Counted from the first letter of the stretch, positions 1-12,507 are shown. The stretch is DNA of 64,000 nucleotides from TPA_inf: Saccharomyces (GCA_000146045.2 BK006941.2:992001-1056000); one strand, 5' to 3'. Translations and numbers: made by a program. Notes: generated by a model from the sequence alone, not told the origin.

Positions 1-1275
1 ACCACGACCTTCACTGAAAGATTCCCTTTGAGGATAGAACAGATCCATTTTCTCTGCCACAGGGGTTGATCTTACAGAATCAAAATACCGTACATTGGAG
101 GTATCGTTGCTGTTCCCGTTTTTATTATTGTTGAAGTAATATCTATCATATGTATAATTATTGTAATCATACATTGGGTTATTTGCAAATTCCAAAACCT
201 CCATATCATTGTGGTTACTGATGGAAGGGTGCCTGTCATGGCTATTGTGGTTGTTGTAAACTTTATGTTGAACCGCCTTATTAACAACGAGCCTGTTTCC
301 ATGCCACATGAACCCATTGAAGGTCTCGATGGCTGCTAGTGCTTGTTCATGGTTGATAAGCTTGATGAAACCATAACCCTTCAACATATCTTCATCTTGG
401 GCATTTCCATTAGTATTATTGGAAGATTTGTTTGATTCTACTGACCCCTCCTCATTGAAACTTACTGAACTACTGCTTCTTGTATTACTTCTCTTCGGAA
501 AGTAATATGAAATGATATCAAAGTCCGGAAACTTTTTTGATAACTCCTTCTTGATTACTTCTATGACTTCTTTAGGTGTAATCAAAGTCTCTACTTTTTC
601 AGGATTGTGATAAGGCAAGTTGCCTATAAAGAGACACCTGAAATTATCATCATTGTTGTTTTCTTTGACATGGTCCCAATGGATTCTTTCTCTCTCCTTT
701 CGCTCAACGTGATAGTTGATAAATAGTGTGGAGCCATTTACCGTCCTTCCATTAAGTTCCTTGATGCAAAGTGAAGCTTGAGAACCCAAGGGGTAGGAGA
801 TGAACCCGTATCCGTTAGGTTCGCCTTTCGTTTTATCATATATCAATTTCATTGATAAAATTGGTCCATATTTTGAAAATAAGAAACTTAGTTCACCAAT
901 AGAAAGGCTCTTTGCTATTCCCCCGACAAAAATATTTCCAGGATAGGTTAGTGCATGCTTGTTCACACCGATAGACCATTTATCAATATGCTGACCAATA
1001 GGTTCGCTCTTGAGTAATTCCGAGATATCTGTACATGCATTTTCTAATGACTTGGGGTACTTGAATTGTGCTTGCAAAACGGTATCGTATCTCCAATCAT
1101 CTTCCTCTTCGTTATCTTTGTAAGATTTCTCATACTCTTGACTTCCATGCTCGTAAAGATAGATGTCTTTATTTTGTTCGAGAACCTGTAACCTCCTTGT
1201 ATCCGGAAGAAATTCATATGTTTCTGTATCAGAGTTGTTAACGGAGATACCTTTGTAGTGCTGTATTGTGTCCAT
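1..1275 (-). CDS. RIE1: RNA-binding protein with RRM domains, N-terminal ~425 aa only; the 3' end of the gene runs off the window start. Not in the ORF track.
   Basis: Continuous minus-strand reading frame from the ATG (complement of cat at 1273-1275) to position 1. Translation begins MDTIQHYKGISVNNSDTETYEF and contains RNP-1-like motifs (KGYGFI, NGYGFISY). An upstream in-frame extension is stopped by TGA. Sits next to NOP19 and GCN5 as YGR250C does. Confidence 0.8.
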   Translation of the reverse strand, partial: MDTIQHYKGISVNNSDTETYEFLPDTRRLQVLEQNKDIYLYEHGSQEYEKSYKDNEEEDDWRYDTVLQAQFKYPKSLENACTDISELLKSEPIGQHIDKWSIGVNKHALTYPGNIFVGGIAKSLSIGELSFLFSKYGPILSMKLIYDKTKGEPNGYGFISYPLGSQASLCIKELNGRTVNGSTLFINYHVERKERERIHWDHVKENNNDDNFRCLFIGNLPYHNPEKVETLITPKEVIEVIKKELSKKFPDFDIISYYFPKRSNTRSSSSVSFNEEGSVESNKSSNNTNGNAQDEDMLKGYGFIKLINHEQALAAIETFNGFMWHGNRLVVNKAVQHKVYNNHNSHDRHPSISNHNDMEVLEFANNPMYDYNNYTYDRYYFNNNKNGNSNDTSNVRYFDSVRSTPVAEKMDLFYPQRESFSEGRG

Positions 1276-3511
1276 TATTTGATCGGTTATTCTAGAGTTG
1301 CAGTGATCATCTTCTTCTTCTTGTAACTGCCATTTTATTCTTATGGTTAATAAATTTGTGTTGGCCAATTGTTCCAGTTGAAGACCAGTGGAAGTTTTCC
1401 TTTCAATTTTTATTGATTGGTCTCCAGCTTCTGCGCTCGCTGATGTCTGCTGGCTGCAGATATCTGTATCCTCGGGGCCACTAGATATTACTTCATCTGA
1501 TGGTTCTTCTGCAATATTCATCCTCGAAACTTCTGATGCGGTTTGTCTTTCACGTATAATGTTTTTAGTAAAATAAAACTTATGGTTTATTTTTGGATTT
1601 TTAATCAGGGTGCCTTGTAATTTGGGATGTGTGCTATGCTTTACTTGTTCACACTTTTTTTGAGACCGTTGAACGAACTAAAATTAAGAACACTCTAATC
1701 CTTCGAACAAAAGGCACTTTTCAACTATTATTTACTTATTCAATATTTAAGGGAAGTTTCTTTATTGTGCTTGACATATATATATGTATTTATTTATATA
1801 GCGCAGTGGCCAAGAAAATGTTAACGTGAAATAACGACTAACGGGCAGGCGTTATGCACGGAAAGAGATCTACTAAATTCCGCCCAATAGGGAATCTCCG
1901 ACTGAATTTTTTTGCCCTTTGGTCAACTATTCCCGGGAAGGGCATAAATTGAATCAAGCGCCAATTTTACGTCTTCGGCTAGTAATCGGATCAGCGGGAG
2001 AAACATCGTACGTACACAAGAGAATACCGAGAGTGTCGATTAATCAACCACGCTCCATGAGGCTTATCCGCATTCTACTTGCATGTTAGCCGGGAAAAGA
2101 CATAAATCATCTCAATTCTCTAGAATACTCTAGAGATTATGTAAAAGCGTAGCCCCGTAGATGATTAAATAATTTTCGGTTTCTTACCCCGTAACCACGA
2201 GTTGCGGTGTTTTTGCTTCTATCGGGGCAATAAGCGGGCGCTGCTTCTCGGGAATGTAAAAACTGTGCTTCCTACCATGAAGTAGTTGGATCTTGAAATG
2301 GGTTGGGCCGGAACAATATGCAAGTACTACAATCCTTGTATTCCCATATGATTATATTCCCCTTTGCATAGGCTAGTGTTTTTTTTTTCGTTCTTTTGTT
2401 TCTTCCGCTAGGAATAGTAGTGGCGATCTGCAGAAAGACGCTCTAAGGAAAAAGAGAGAATTTCGATCAGTCCCGTACACATTACTCTTGGGAAGTTCAA
2501 TTCCTTCGGACGTAATCCACATACGAACTTGGCTCTCATCTGTTGTCTTCAAGCTGTTGCGGCCCTCCTCTTTCTCTCTGTTGTACACATTTTTTGACTT
2601 TCAAAAATATGCCGCTAAGGAAACATAACCCTTGTGTATGTGAGCTTGTAGCATATGATATAGTGCTCATTGGCATGTGACAAGAATTGCGTATGTAATT
2701 GAAGTTTGTAGTGTAATTTACGAAAATAGCCGCCCTTCTTCTTCATTAACGATTATTGAGCGTAATGATATAAGATACAACGGTTTATTTAGGGCTGCAT
2801 CCATGAAAATACTTTGTAATAGTGAGTCGTCGCCTTGTTTGTTTATTCAATACAATGCAGTGTCTCTATAGTCTCCTCCTTTAGTTTCACTATCTTTTCT
2901 AACCGCCGAAGATATACGAGTGTTCTGAACGAAAAACGACCTTTTCAAACATAGAATATAATTGTATATATACATATACATATATGATACGCAGCCACAT
3001 TCGTAGTATCTTTAAGACACTGCCTTTCAAAAAAGCTTTGGTATTTTGAAAGAAGATCGAAGCCAAGGAACCAGGACTACAATGAATTAGACGCTACAAA
3101 GTTTCTTAATTGGAAAACAAGGAGGGACAAGGAGGAGACTTTTACAGTAAACCAGAATGCTCCTTCACTGTTCAGTTATGTAATGTTATTGTTTGGAAGA
3201 TCTGAAGAGAGGCATTTCCTACAACCTCTTGAATAAAATAGTGGAAGGCATTTACACAAAGAAGCCGTGCCACTTTGGTCCGGATTTTTTTTACCTAAAA
3301 TCGTCTTAAATTGGCCTGTTCGATAGCTGTCATTTGTTTTAGATATTTATTTCCTAACGTCAGCTTTAGTTACAGTATGTATGTATCAACCTTTTAGTAA
3401 GACAATAATGATTGCATGTTTGATCCTGCTTTAAAGGCATTGGAAGTAACCGTAGTGGCCGCTGTTTCTTCTTGACGGCCTGTAATTGACCTGCGACGCG
3501 GGCAATTTCTA

Positions 3512-3519
3512 GCGATGAG
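3512..3519 (+). promoter_or_regulatory. PAC motif (GCGATGAG) in the NOP19 promoter
   Basis: Exact GCGATGAG about 120 bp upstream of the NOP19 ATG. PAC is the signature element of the ribosome-biogenesis regulon, and NOP19 is a nucleolar ribosome-biogenesis factor. Confidence 0.55.
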
Positions 3520-3638
3520 ATTGGAAAAACTAACGCATAAAAAAGATTTCAAGATTTATAAGATGTTGAAACAAATCCTCTTCTCACATCTACAGTTGAT
3601 ACAGTATACCGTATTATCTTTCCTCGGTAGTGTTCAGA

Positions 3639-4229
3639 ATGAGTAGGGCCAAAGAATTACAAGAGAAGCTCAACTTGCAAGCGAAACTCCAGTCTACTTT
3701 CAGTAACAATACTGCTGCAGTTTTGGACTGGCTGAAAGAATCAGATGAAACCGGCATTAGCAATGATACAGAGCGTAACAAACAGTTAAAAGATCACAAG
3801 GAGTTGGAGGATGGTAAGAAGGCATTTTTCAAGCTTCCCGTTTTGCAGATTGGATCGGGCCTACACTTCCGCACACAAGATGACGCTTCCGCCAAAGAAG
3901 ATATACATACGATTGGTGAGTTTATTGAGGGTGATAAAAAGGTAAGTTCGTTGGCAAAGAAAAAGAAAAGAAGTGACCCAGGGTTGCAACGAAATAATAT
4001 GTACAGGATCACTAAAGATGATACGAAAGCCATGATTGCGCTTAAAAGAAAAATGAGGAAAGGCGAGAAGGAAGGACTAAGGAAGAAACAAGAGCATAGC
4101 AAAAGCAGCGTTTCGAACTCATATAGTGCCAGTGATGAAGAGGATGAAGATGCAGGGACAATGCCGCAAAAGTCCACAAAAAAAAAATTTGGTTTACTTT
4201 TTGATAAAAAAAAGAAGGCACGTAAATAA
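3639..4229 (+). CDS. NOP19: Nucleolar ribosome-biogenesis protein, 196 aa
   Basis: The track ORF 3630-4229 starts at GTG. The first ATG is at 3639 ([11 protein letters not shown]...) and gives 196 aa, the length of YGR251W. The protein is Lys/Glu-rich with an acidic C-terminal tail. Confidence 0.85.
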
Positions 4230-4868
4230 TCTTAAACACTTATGGGCAGCAAAAAATGCGTCTTTCTTCCCTCGTCTGTTGTTTTATGTAGGGCGTAATG
4301 ATGTTTGCTTGTCAACAAATGAATACGTACAGAAGAGAATTCTAGCCAAGGCAATTATTGCATACTGCAAGTACTGAGTACGTTAACGTTGCTAGAATAA
4401 CATTAAATGAGATGTAGCAATGCAGATCCTTCCTCAGTAGGCTTAATGCTCCACTAGAATTTTTGACCAGCCACTATTTGCTTTTTTCGCAATCCTTTTC
4501 AATACTCGAGAGCAAAGACAAAAAAAATAAGACATGTAGTGCGCTGTATGGAAAAGAATTAATTAGAACTTTACAAACGCGTGTTAAACAGGCATATTTA
4601 AGTGTTTGGACCTAAACAATATATCGACTATTGAAATTCTTACGCAAGATTTTTTATAGTTGGATATTCATATATTCTTACAACTCTCTCTACTTTCAGT
4701 TTTTTGAAGCTATATGTATCATTATATACGTTTATGGATTTTTCAAACCTAAACAATTATACTGCGTAAATGTTTGATTAAGCAATAAATAAAAACAAAG
4801 GATTGGTAAGGGAAGACCGTGAGCCGCCCAAAAGTCTTCAGTTAACTCAGGTTCGTATTCTACATTAG

Positions 4869-6188
<1,320 letters not shown>

Positions 6189-6357
6189 TGCGTAGAAGAA
6201 GCTTTTCCGCTACTATTCCTTTCGAAGAAGAAATAAATGTTTAGTACGGCGAGACGATGTGATCAATTGAGGTTATTTTACTACTTTTCCTTTCATTTTT
6301 GTAAGGTTTTCTTTCTTTGTTAGTGTGACGTTGGTATTTACCTTTATGTAACTATAT

Positions 6358-7140
6358 TTATGACATTTCAACATCCGCTTCTTCTGGACTTTCTGCAGCT
6401 TCTTTCTCTTTCAACTCTTTTATCAATTCAGCAGTTTTTTCGTTATCATATATTTTGAATCCGTCTTGCTTTGTTATACAACTCAATTGCGCGTTATTTT
6501 CATCAAGTTTCTCTTCCATCACTTGCTTTAGGATTTTTAGAACAAGAAGCTCAGCTTCTTTCAAAGTTAAAGAAGAATGCCATTCATTCAATAATTCTGC
6601 TTGTGCTCCTTCAGAGCCTGAACCAATGGCTTTGGCATTATAACGGTAAAATGTCCCAGATGGTTCTGCATGGAAAAGTTGATAACCATCATCCGCATCA
6701 TGGCCAGCAATTAACAAGGCAACCCCGAATGGTCGAGACATTAGTCTTTCTTCACCAGAGGCACCTTCACCGAACCTTAGAGCAAGATCACACACCGATT
6801 GCGTTAAGGACTCAACATTGATGTCTTCATCGTAGTATAGATTATGCGTTACTGCAGCAGTACGCGCATGTTCAATCATGGAACGAGCATCTGCTGTAAG
6901 CCCACTCATTGCACAACCAATATGACGATCAATCTCCACGATTTTCTCAATAGAATCAGATTCTAATAGTGGTGAGGTGGCACGTTTCTCCACACCTAGT
7001 ACAACACCTTCTTTCGTGGCAATACCAATTGCTGTAGATCCTAATTTGATGGCCTCCAAAGAATACTCAACTTGGAATAACCTCCCTTCTGGGGAAAATG
7101 TGCTTACACCACGATCATATTCACTTCTAGTTAAGAACAT
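6358..7140 (-). CDS. PUP2: 20S proteasome alpha-5 subunit, 260 aa
   Basis: 260-aa ORF with the proteasome alpha-type signature ([33 protein letters not shown]). Length matches YGR253C. Confidence 0.95.
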
Positions 7141-7235
7141 CCTTTCTAGTTATATTAGACAATTGGAATTTATGTTCTTATTGACTTGTATTCTATAGTT
7201 ATAGCGCTCTCTTGTCCAATTTCCTAGGTTACTCT

Positions 7236-7244
7236 TTTGCCACC
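7236..7244 (-). promoter_or_regulatory. PACE (Rpn4-binding proteasome-associated control element, GGTGGCAAA) in the PUP2 promoter
   Basis: The plus strand reads TTTGCCACC, so the minus strand in PUP2 orientation reads GGTGGCAAA, about 100 bp upstream of the PUP2 ATG. This is the exact 9-mer consensus. Confidence 0.7.
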
Positions 7245-7559
7245 GGTCTTGGTTTATGATAACCCTGTATAATGAAATTTCAAAAATATTTTCGTGAATA
7301 GTGATTTATTTAATTTAAGCACTAAATTATCCTTACGGACTTGGGCTACATTCATGTTTGCACGCTTAATAAAAAATCGGCGTACTTTCATCTATGCTTG
7401 GCTTATAATATGTTTGATAGTCAATTCATTTCAGTAAAAAGTCTTCAGCAGTAGTTGCAAAAGTGTCCTTTTTTACTTTTTGGGCTACATTATTCTTGAA
7501 AAAAGTTCATGTTTTGTTATTTCTTTCTCACATACTTTATAAAAAAAGATAATTTTTTT

Positions 7560-7574
7560 AAAAAAAAAAAAAAA
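7560..7574. repeat. poly(dA:dT) tract, A15
   Basis: Homopolymer run in the PUP2/ENO1 divergent intergenic region. Typical of nucleosome-excluding promoter elements. Confidence 0.8.
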
Positions 7575-8443
7575 TACAAGTGGAACATTATCAAATAAAA
7601 AGCATTATAGCGCCACATGCGATGAACCTGAGCTTTTATCTTCATTAATATATAGTAATTACAACATGTTATTGAAATGCACAGCACTTATCCAGAGTTA
7701 TTTGATATAAAGATTATGACTCAAATTCTTCTCGACAAACAAGAAACTTTCTCACCTACAAATGTCTTCAACAATTCTAATAATTGACACATAAGTATAT
7801 TGTATATATAACATGGATATAAATGGCCCTATATTGAAAGCTATGTCAAAATAGGAATCCTTCCTTCCTCAGCGCTTTTTATCAAGGGCCAATTGATCTG
7901 ATACACCTAGTAGTGTACTATAAGTGTAGAAAGCATACTATACTATTCGACACTTCCTTTCAATCCTGGAATTAACAGTCACTTTTAAAAAAGACATCTA
8001 CCGTGAAGGTGCCGTAGAGTATCGCGTTACCATATCGCCAAAAACTGATATACGCCGCGGAAACCAGGCAAACAATTGAAAAGAAAAATTTTGAGGAACT
8101 CTCTGCATCGAAGCCGTCTAGAGTTACCACTAGTCAGATGCCGCGGGCACTTGAGCACCTCATGCACAGCAATAACACAACACAATGGTTAGTAGCAACC
8201 TGAATTCGGTCATTGATGCATGCATGTGCCGTGAAGCGGGACAACCAGAAAAGTCGTCTATAAATGCCGGCACGTGCGATCATCGTGGCGGGGTTTTAAG
8301 AGTGCATATCACAAATTGTCGCATTACCGCGGAACCGCCAGATATTCATTACTTGACGCAAAAGCGTTTGAAATAATGACGAAAAAGAAGGAAGAAAAAA
8401 AAAGAAAAATACCGCTTCTAGGCGGGTTATCTACTGATCCGAG

Positions 8444-8470
8444 CTTCCACTAGGATAGCACCCAAACACC
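8444..8470 (+). promoter_or_regulatory. ENO1 upstream activating sequence: Gcr1 CT-box (CTTCC) next to a Rap1 site (CACCCAAACACC)
   Basis: CTTCC at 8444-8448 and CACCCAAACACC at 8459-8470, a perfect fit to the Rap1 consensus RMACCCANNCAYY. The sites are about 10 bp apart and about 460 bp upstream of the ATG. This is the classic arrangement at glycolytic gene promoters. Confidence 0.65.
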
Positions 8471-8780
8471 TGCATATTTGGACGACCTTTACTTACACCA
8501 CCAAAAACCACTTTCGCCTCTCCCGCCCCTGATAACGTCCACTAATTGAGCGATTACCTGAGCGGTCCTCTTTTGTTTGCAGCATGAGACTTGCATACTG
8601 CAAATCGTAAGTAGCAACGTCTCAAGGTCAAAACTGTATGGAAACCTTGTCACCTCACTTAATTCTAGCTAGCCTACCCTGCAAGTCAAGAGGTCTCCGT
8701 GATTCCTAGCCACCTCAAGGTATGCCTCTCCCCGGAAACTGTGGCCTTTTCTGGCACACATGATCTCCACGATTTCAACA

Positions 8781-8788
8781 TATAAATA
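8781..8788 (+). promoter_or_regulatory. TATA box (TATAAATA) of ENO1
   Basis: Consensus TATA about 140 bp upstream of the ENO1 ATG. Confidence 0.65.
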
Positions 8789-8926
8789 GCTTTTGATAAT
8801 GGCAATATTAATCAAATTTATTTTACTTCTTTCTTGTAACATCTCTCTTGTAATCCCTTATTCCTTCTAGCTATTTTTCATAAAAAACCAAGCAACTGCT
8901 TATCAACACACAAACACTAAATCAAA

Positions 8927-10240
8927 ATGGCTGTCTCTAAAGTTTACGCTAGATCCGTCTACGACTCCCGTGGTAACCCAACCGTCGAAGTCGAATTAAC
9001 CACCGAAAAGGGTGTTTTCAGATCCATTGTCCCATCTGGTGCTTCTACCGGTGTCCACGAAGCTTTGGAAATGAGAGATGGTGACAAATCCAAGTGGATG
9101 GGTAAGGGTGTTTTGCACGCTGTTAAGAACGTCAACGATGTCATTGCTCCAGCTTTCGTTAAGGCTAACATTGATGTTAAGGACCAAAAGGCCGTCGATG
9201 ACTTCTTGATTTCTTTGGACGGTACTGCCAACAAATCCAAGTTGGGTGCTAACGCTATCTTGGGTGTTTCTTTGGCTGCTTCCAGAGCTGCCGCTGCTGA
9301 AAAGAATGTCCCATTATACAAGCACTTGGCTGACTTGTCTAAGTCCAAGACCTCTCCATACGTTTTGCCAGTTCCATTCTTGAACGTTTTGAACGGTGGT
9401 TCCCACGCTGGTGGTGCTTTGGCTTTGCAAGAATTTATGATTGCTCCAACTGGTGCTAAGACCTTCGCTGAAGCTTTGAGAATTGGTTCCGAAGTTTACC
9501 ACAACTTGAAGTCTTTGACCAAGAAGAGATACGGTGCTTCTGCCGGTAACGTCGGTGACGAAGGTGGTGTTGCTCCAAACATTCAAACTGCTGAAGAAGC
9601 TTTGGACTTGATTGTTGACGCTATCAAGGCTGCTGGTCACGACGGTAAGATCAAGATCGGTTTGGACTGTGCTTCCTCTGAATTCTTCAAGGACGGTAAG
9701 TACGACTTGGACTTCAAGAATCCAAACTCTGACAAATCCAAGTGGTTGACTGGTCCTCAATTGGCTGACTTGTACCACTCCTTGATGAAGAGATACCCAA
9801 TTGTCTCCATCGAAGATCCATTTGCTGAAGATGACTGGGAAGCTTGGTCTCACTTCTTCAAGACCGCTGGTATTCAAATTGTTGCTGATGACTTGACTGT
9901 CACCAACCCAAAGAGAATTGCTACCGCTATCGAAAAGAAGGCTGCCGACGCTTTGTTGTTGAAGGTCAACCAAATCGGTACCTTGTCTGAATCCATCAAG
10001 GCTGCTCAAGACTCTTTCGCTGCCGGTTGGGGTGTTATGGTTTCCCACAGATCTGGTGAAACTGAAGACACTTTCATTGCTGACTTGGTCGTCGGTTTGA
10101 GAACTGGTCAAATCAAGACTGGTGCTCCAGCTAGATCCGAAAGATTGGCTAAATTGAACCAATTGTTGAGAATCGAAGAAGAATTAGGTGACAACGCTGT
10201 TTTCGCTGGTGAAAACTTCCACCACGGTGACAAATTATAA
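8927..10240 (+). CDS. ENO1: Enolase I (phosphopyruvate hydratase), 437 aa
   Basis: Full-length enolase ([24 protein letters not shown]... [19 protein letters not shown]...). Strong glycolytic codon bias. Position next to PUP2 and COQ6 identifies the chromosome VII paralog YGR254W. Confidence 0.93.
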   Translation: MAVSKVYARSVYDSRGNPTVEVELTTEKGVFRSIVPSGASTGVHEALEMRDGDKSKWMGKGVLHAVKNVNDVIAPAFVKANIDVKDQKAVDDFLISLDGTANKSKLGANAILGVSLAASRAAAAEKNVPLYKHLADLSKSKTSPYVLPVPFLNVLNGGSHAGGALALQEFMIAPTGAKTFAEALRIGSEVYHNLKSLTKKRYGASAGNVGDEGGVAPNIQTAEEALDLIVDAIKAAGHDGKIKIGLDCASSEFFKDGKYDLDFKNPNSDKSKWLTGPQLADLYHSLMKRYPIVSIEDPFAEDDWEAWSHFFKTAGIQIVADDLTVTNPKRIATAIEKKAADALLLKVNQIGTLSESIKAAQDSFAAGWGVMVSHRSGETEDTFIADLVVGLRTGQIKTGAPARSERLAKLNQLLRIEEELGDNAVFAGENFHHGDKL

Positions 10241-10522
10241 AGCTTTTGATTAAGCCTTCTAGTCCAAAAAACACGTTTTTTTGTCATTTATTTCATTTTC
10301 TTAGAATAGTTTAGTTTATTCATTTTATAGTCACGAATGTTTTATGATTCTATATAGGGTTGCAAACAAGCATTTTTCATTTTATGTTAAAACAATTTCA
10401 GGTTTACCTTTTATTCTGCTTGTGGTGACGCGTGTATCCGCCCGCTCTTTTGGTCACCCATGTATTTAATTGCATAAATAATTCTTAAAAGTGGAGCTAG
10501 TCTATTTCTATTTACATACCTC

Positions 10523-11962
10523 TCATTTCTCATTTCCTCCTAATGTGTCAATGATCATATTCTTAACTGGACCGATCTTATTCGTCAGATTCAAACCAAA
10601 AGTTCTTAGGGCTACCACAGGAGGAAAATTAGTGTGATATAATTTAAATAATTTATCCGCCATTCCTAATAGAACGTTGTTCGACGGATATCTTTCTGCC
10701 CAAAAGGGTTCTAAGCTCAATGAAGAGCCAATGTCTAAACCTCTTTCCATTGCCTTTTCTAAAGCGTATACTAAACCATGAACGTCTGTTTGCCCCATGT
10801 TTAACCCCTGTCCAGCGAGAGGATGTGTCGTATGTGCTGCGTCCCCAACAAGGGCAACTCTATCAGTGCAATAACGATCTGCATGTGTTAATTTTAAGGG
10901 AAAACGTGCTCTTGTCTTATCTATTATACTAACAACTCTTGGTGGGTAAATTTCATCAATATCCGACTCGTCCTTCAACGTGGCGTATATTTCCTCAGTT
11001 CTGAATTTAATATCTTCTATCAATTTATCGGTGTCCATAGAGCCATCTTCCAATGTACGGTAATAGTAGTTCATGTCTGCGTCTTCCAAGACAAAAGCAG
11101 CATTGATAAGTGCAGTGAATGATTCTGGAGGTAATGACAACAAAAGCCTCGATAAACGTTCAGATGAACTCCAGACTAAAGTAGCATTATTTTCAGGCAT
11201 GGGTAAGTGTGCAATTGGACCAGTGGGTAAGAACCTCTGCCAGCCCCTTAGTTTAAAGGGAGGATACTCTAACTTCATGCTGGCCACAACACCATAGGCA
11301 TTATACATCCAGCCCCTAGATGGGATCTGGGAAAATCTTCTGGTAGGAGAATTGAACCCGTCTGCACCCACTAGCAATCTCGTCTTGTATACTTCACCAT
11401 TGGAAAGAGTGACTAAAGGCCAGGACAATGGATCATTAGGGTCGCTGTGTTTAATATTGACAACTTTTGTATTATCAATAATATCAATGGAGTCCTTCTT
11501 TGAATCGTACTGAGAAATTCTGTTGTATAAGGAGGCCTGTATATTTATAATTTCAATCATACAAAGCATGGAGTCCCTTGCCAGATCCAAAGTAGCCTTA
11601 GAACAACCGTCCGTGACATAGAGTCCGTCATAACTTTGAATCCTGTCATGCATCAAAGTTGCCCCAGCGTTATTCTCAAGAAAATGAATAGATCTAGGCG
11701 TAACACTGACAATCCTGTTCGTAAAATAATCTGGGGGTGAATTATAAAAGTCCGATAATTTATCTTTTAAGTCCACCATATCGACTAAAGTTGTCTTTAG
11801 ATCTTTTAATTGCGGAGAATTCTTAATCGATGCAGCTAAAGTCAAACCTGCAGGACCCCCACCTACGATTAATACATCTGTTAACTTTGGAGCTGAAGAT
11901 TTGGCTGTTGCCAAACCCCTCACCAAAATACGCCGAGTAAGCATAACTTTTGAAAAGAACAT
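10523..11962 (-). CDS. COQ6: Flavin-dependent monooxygenase of ubiquinone biosynthesis, 479 aa
   Basis: 479-aa ORF with an N-terminal mitochondrial presequence, a Rossmann FAD motif (VLIVGGGPAGL) and a C-terminal GDAAH motif. The ATG is confirmed at 11960-11962 on the complement strand. Confidence 0.93.
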   Translation of the reverse strand: MFFSKVMLTRRILVRGLATAKSSAPKLTDVLIVGGGPAGLTLAASIKNSPQLKDLKTTLVDMVDLKDKLSDFYNSPPDYFTNRIVSVTPRSIHFLENNAGATLMHDRIQSYDGLYVTDGCSKATLDLARDSMLCMIEIINIQASLYNRISQYDSKKDSIDIIDNTKVVNIKHSDPNDPLSWPLVTLSNGEVYKTRLLVGADGFNSPTRRFSQIPSRGWMYNAYGVVASMKLEYPPFKLRGWQRFLPTGPIAHLPMPENNATLVWSSSERLSRLLLSLPPESFTALINAAFVLEDADMNYYYRTLEDGSMDTDKLIEDIKFRTEEIYATLKDESDIDEIYPPRVVSIIDKTRARFPLKLTHADRYCTDRVALVGDAAHTTHPLAGQGLNMGQTDVHGLVYALEKAMERGLDIGSSLSLEPFWAERYPSNNVLLGMADKLFKLYHTNFPPVVALRTFGLNLTNKIGPVKNMIIDTLGGNEK

Positions 11963-12215
11963 GCCTCTGTGTCAATCGATACAAGGTTCACTGAAAGACC
12001 AATTTGAGTTACTGAATGAAGAAAATTATCGCCACAATTATATTTATTCCTTTTTAATGTCGTATCACAATTCCAGAAGGGATATTTCTCAGAAACAGTT
12101 TAAGATCTGCGTGTTCCTTCTGCAAGAAGAAGGGAAAAAAAGAAAGGAGAAACAATAGCAGCATAAATCTTGTTCGATAAAACAACATCACTTTTTCTTG
12201 AAACTTCAAGGGTTT

Positions 12216-12287
12216 GCCTCCTTAGCTTAGTGGTAGAGCGTTGCACTTGTAATGCAAAGGTCGTTAGTTCAATTCTGACAGGTGGCA
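12216..12287 (+). tRNA. tT(UGU): tRNA-Thr, anticodon UGU, 72 nt, no intron
   Basis: Hand-folded cloverleaf. Acceptor stem GCCTCCT pairs with AGGTGGC, with one U-U mismatch at positions 4 and 69. D-arm is GCTT-AGTGGTA-GAGC. Anticodon arm is TTGCA-CTTGTAA-TGCAA, with anticodon TGT. T-arm is GTTAG-TTCAATT-CTGAC. Discriminator is A. A T5 run follows. Confidence 0.85.
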
Positions 12288-12293
12288 GTTTCC

Positions 12294-12298
12294 TTTTT
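12294..12298 (+). terminator. RNA polymerase III terminator T-run just downstream of the tRNA-Thr gene
   Basis: TTTTT, followed by ATTT, 7 nt past the 3' end of the tRNA. Confidence 0.6.
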
Positions 12299-12507
12299 AT
12301 TTGTCAGTATTAATAATTGAGGCGCCCCTAATTTTTTTGGCACCGCTCTCGATGAAAAAGTAGAGACGTCAGAAATTGAACGTTTCCTCTAGGAGTTTAT
12401 TAACTAATAACCCCGAAAAATGGCTCTTTAACCACGAGTGCCCACGGAGGTTATCTTCACCCCTATTTTCATTTTAAATTTTAGATCACTGCTAGGAGTT
12501 AGCTCAA

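Noticed and set aside
2118-2135. Near-palindrome ctctagaatactctagag (two XbaI-like hexamers)
   Set aside because: It is short and imperfect. It is kept only as part of the description of the long intergenic region and not called as an independent feature.
2494-2504. B-box-like sequence agttcaattcc in the RIE1/NOP19 intergenic region, considered as a possible tRNA or Pol III element
   Set aside because: It matches only 8 of 11 positions of GGTTCGANTCC. There is no upstream A box, no cloverleaf can be folded around it, and no T-run terminator follows.
3794-4177. 127-aa antisense ORF within NOP19, and several similar 60-130-aa antisense or out-of-frame ORFs inside RAD2, YTA7, TAF1 and PXR1
   Set aside because: All are nested within confidently identified longer genes, in other frames or on the other strand, and have a low-complexity composition. 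They are chance ORFs.
9314-10162. 282-aa ORF antisense to ENO1 (also 8959-9348 and 8996-9187)
   Set aside because: It lies entirely inside the enolase coding sequence. Long antisense frames are a known by-product of the extreme codon bias of highly expressed glycolytic genes. It is Ser/Thr/Val-rich with no recognisable motif and no promoter of its own.
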